From the human T2T-CHM13v2.0 reference genome, Homo sapiens, in NCBI RefSeq assembly GCF_009914755.1, contig NC_060933.1: a DNA stretch of 64,000 nt. One strand, 5' to 3'. The position numbers and the translations under genes are program-made. How positions within the stretch are numbered: position 1 is the stretch's first letter; each line of letters starts with the position of its first letter. Shown one piece after another: positions 62,486 through 64,000 of the stretch. The notes below the pieces were generated by a model. That model worked only from the letters and a program-made list of their open reading frames with translations, was not told where the DNA came from and did not search any database.

Positions 62486-63074
62486 TAAAAGAAGAAAGAT
62501 AGGTTCACAAAGGCCAGGCAATGAAAAAGAAAAAAAGAAAAAGAAAAAATAAAAGGACTGGGTGGTCTGTTGGATACAGTGGTCAGGAAAGGCTTCTTTG
62601 AAGAGGTGACACGCACGCTGAGAGTTGACTGGCAAGAAGGAGGCAGCCATGTGGAGATAGGGCAGGGGAGCAGCCCATGGTGAGGGAGCAGCTGGGGCAG
62701 ATGCCCTGAGGTGGGAACCAGCTTGGGGTTTAAGGAACAGGAAGGCAAGTGTGGTTGGGGTAGAGTAAGCAAGGGGCGAGAACATGAGGTGAGAGTGGGG
62801 AGGTGGGCTAGAGTGTGGGATCTGGATTTTATTTATAGTGCCAAGGGAGACTGTGGGAGGATTTTAAGTGCTTTAAAGGTAAGCCTACTGCCATATGGAG
62901 GATGGATTGTAACAAGGCAAGAGTGGAAGCGGGGAGACCAGTTAAGAGGCTGCCACAGTTGTCCAGGTGAGAGTTGGTAGTGGTTTGGTCTGAGGGTGTG
63001 GTGAAGGTAGCATCCAACATGGAATGAGCACTGGTATGTCAAGCACTGTCCTTGCACTTTACATATATTAACTG

Positions 63075-63582
<508 letters not shown>

Positions 63583-63768
63583 TATAGCTGCTATTATTAA
63601 TTCTCCATAGATTTAAAATTTCTCCTAAACTTTTTAATTCTCACTCTTTCAACCATAGGAAAAACACAGAGACACAAAATTCCCCCTCCCTCCACCTCCA
63701 GCTCCAGTGTGCTAGCCATTAGCCTTCTACAGTCTTTCCCCAGGAAGTCCAGGGACTCATTCCTCTGA

Positions 63769-64000
<232 letters not shown>

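Overview
This is human genomic DNA (9p13.3 by gene identity; a human-specific AluYb8-type fragment is present). A CpG-island head-to-head promoter at ~3.9-5.6 kb drives FAM219A on the - strand (only coding exon 1, MMEEIDRFQVPTAHSEMQPL, and part of intron 1 are in the window) and DNAI1 (axonemal outer-arm dynein intermediate chain 1) on the + strand. I traced DNAI1 coding exons 1-18 and most of exon 19 by hand. All have GT-AG junctions, the frame is continuous with no stop, and the gene runs off the right edge. The introns hold ~27 Alus, a full-length solo ERV9 LTR12C-type LTR with a 4-bp TSD, old L1/L2/MIR, an MLT1 LTR and a Tigger2a-like element. Most ORFs in the supplied track are repeat-derived or chance. 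I found no new gene system. The best leads are: (i) an in-frame 93-nt candidate cassette or alternative terminal exon in DNAI1 intron 4; (ii) a ~21-bp-period minisatellite in intron 15 that forms a phased array of 11 forkhead (FOXJ1-type) motifs; (iii) the LTR12, which points toward FAM219A and carries a 279-bp higher-order duplication of its CCAAT array; (iv) three RFX X-box-like sites in the shared promoter; (v) a tiny AluYb8 insertion with TSDs; (vi) a ~24-kb nearly Alu-free zone containing enhancer-like AT-rich blocks.
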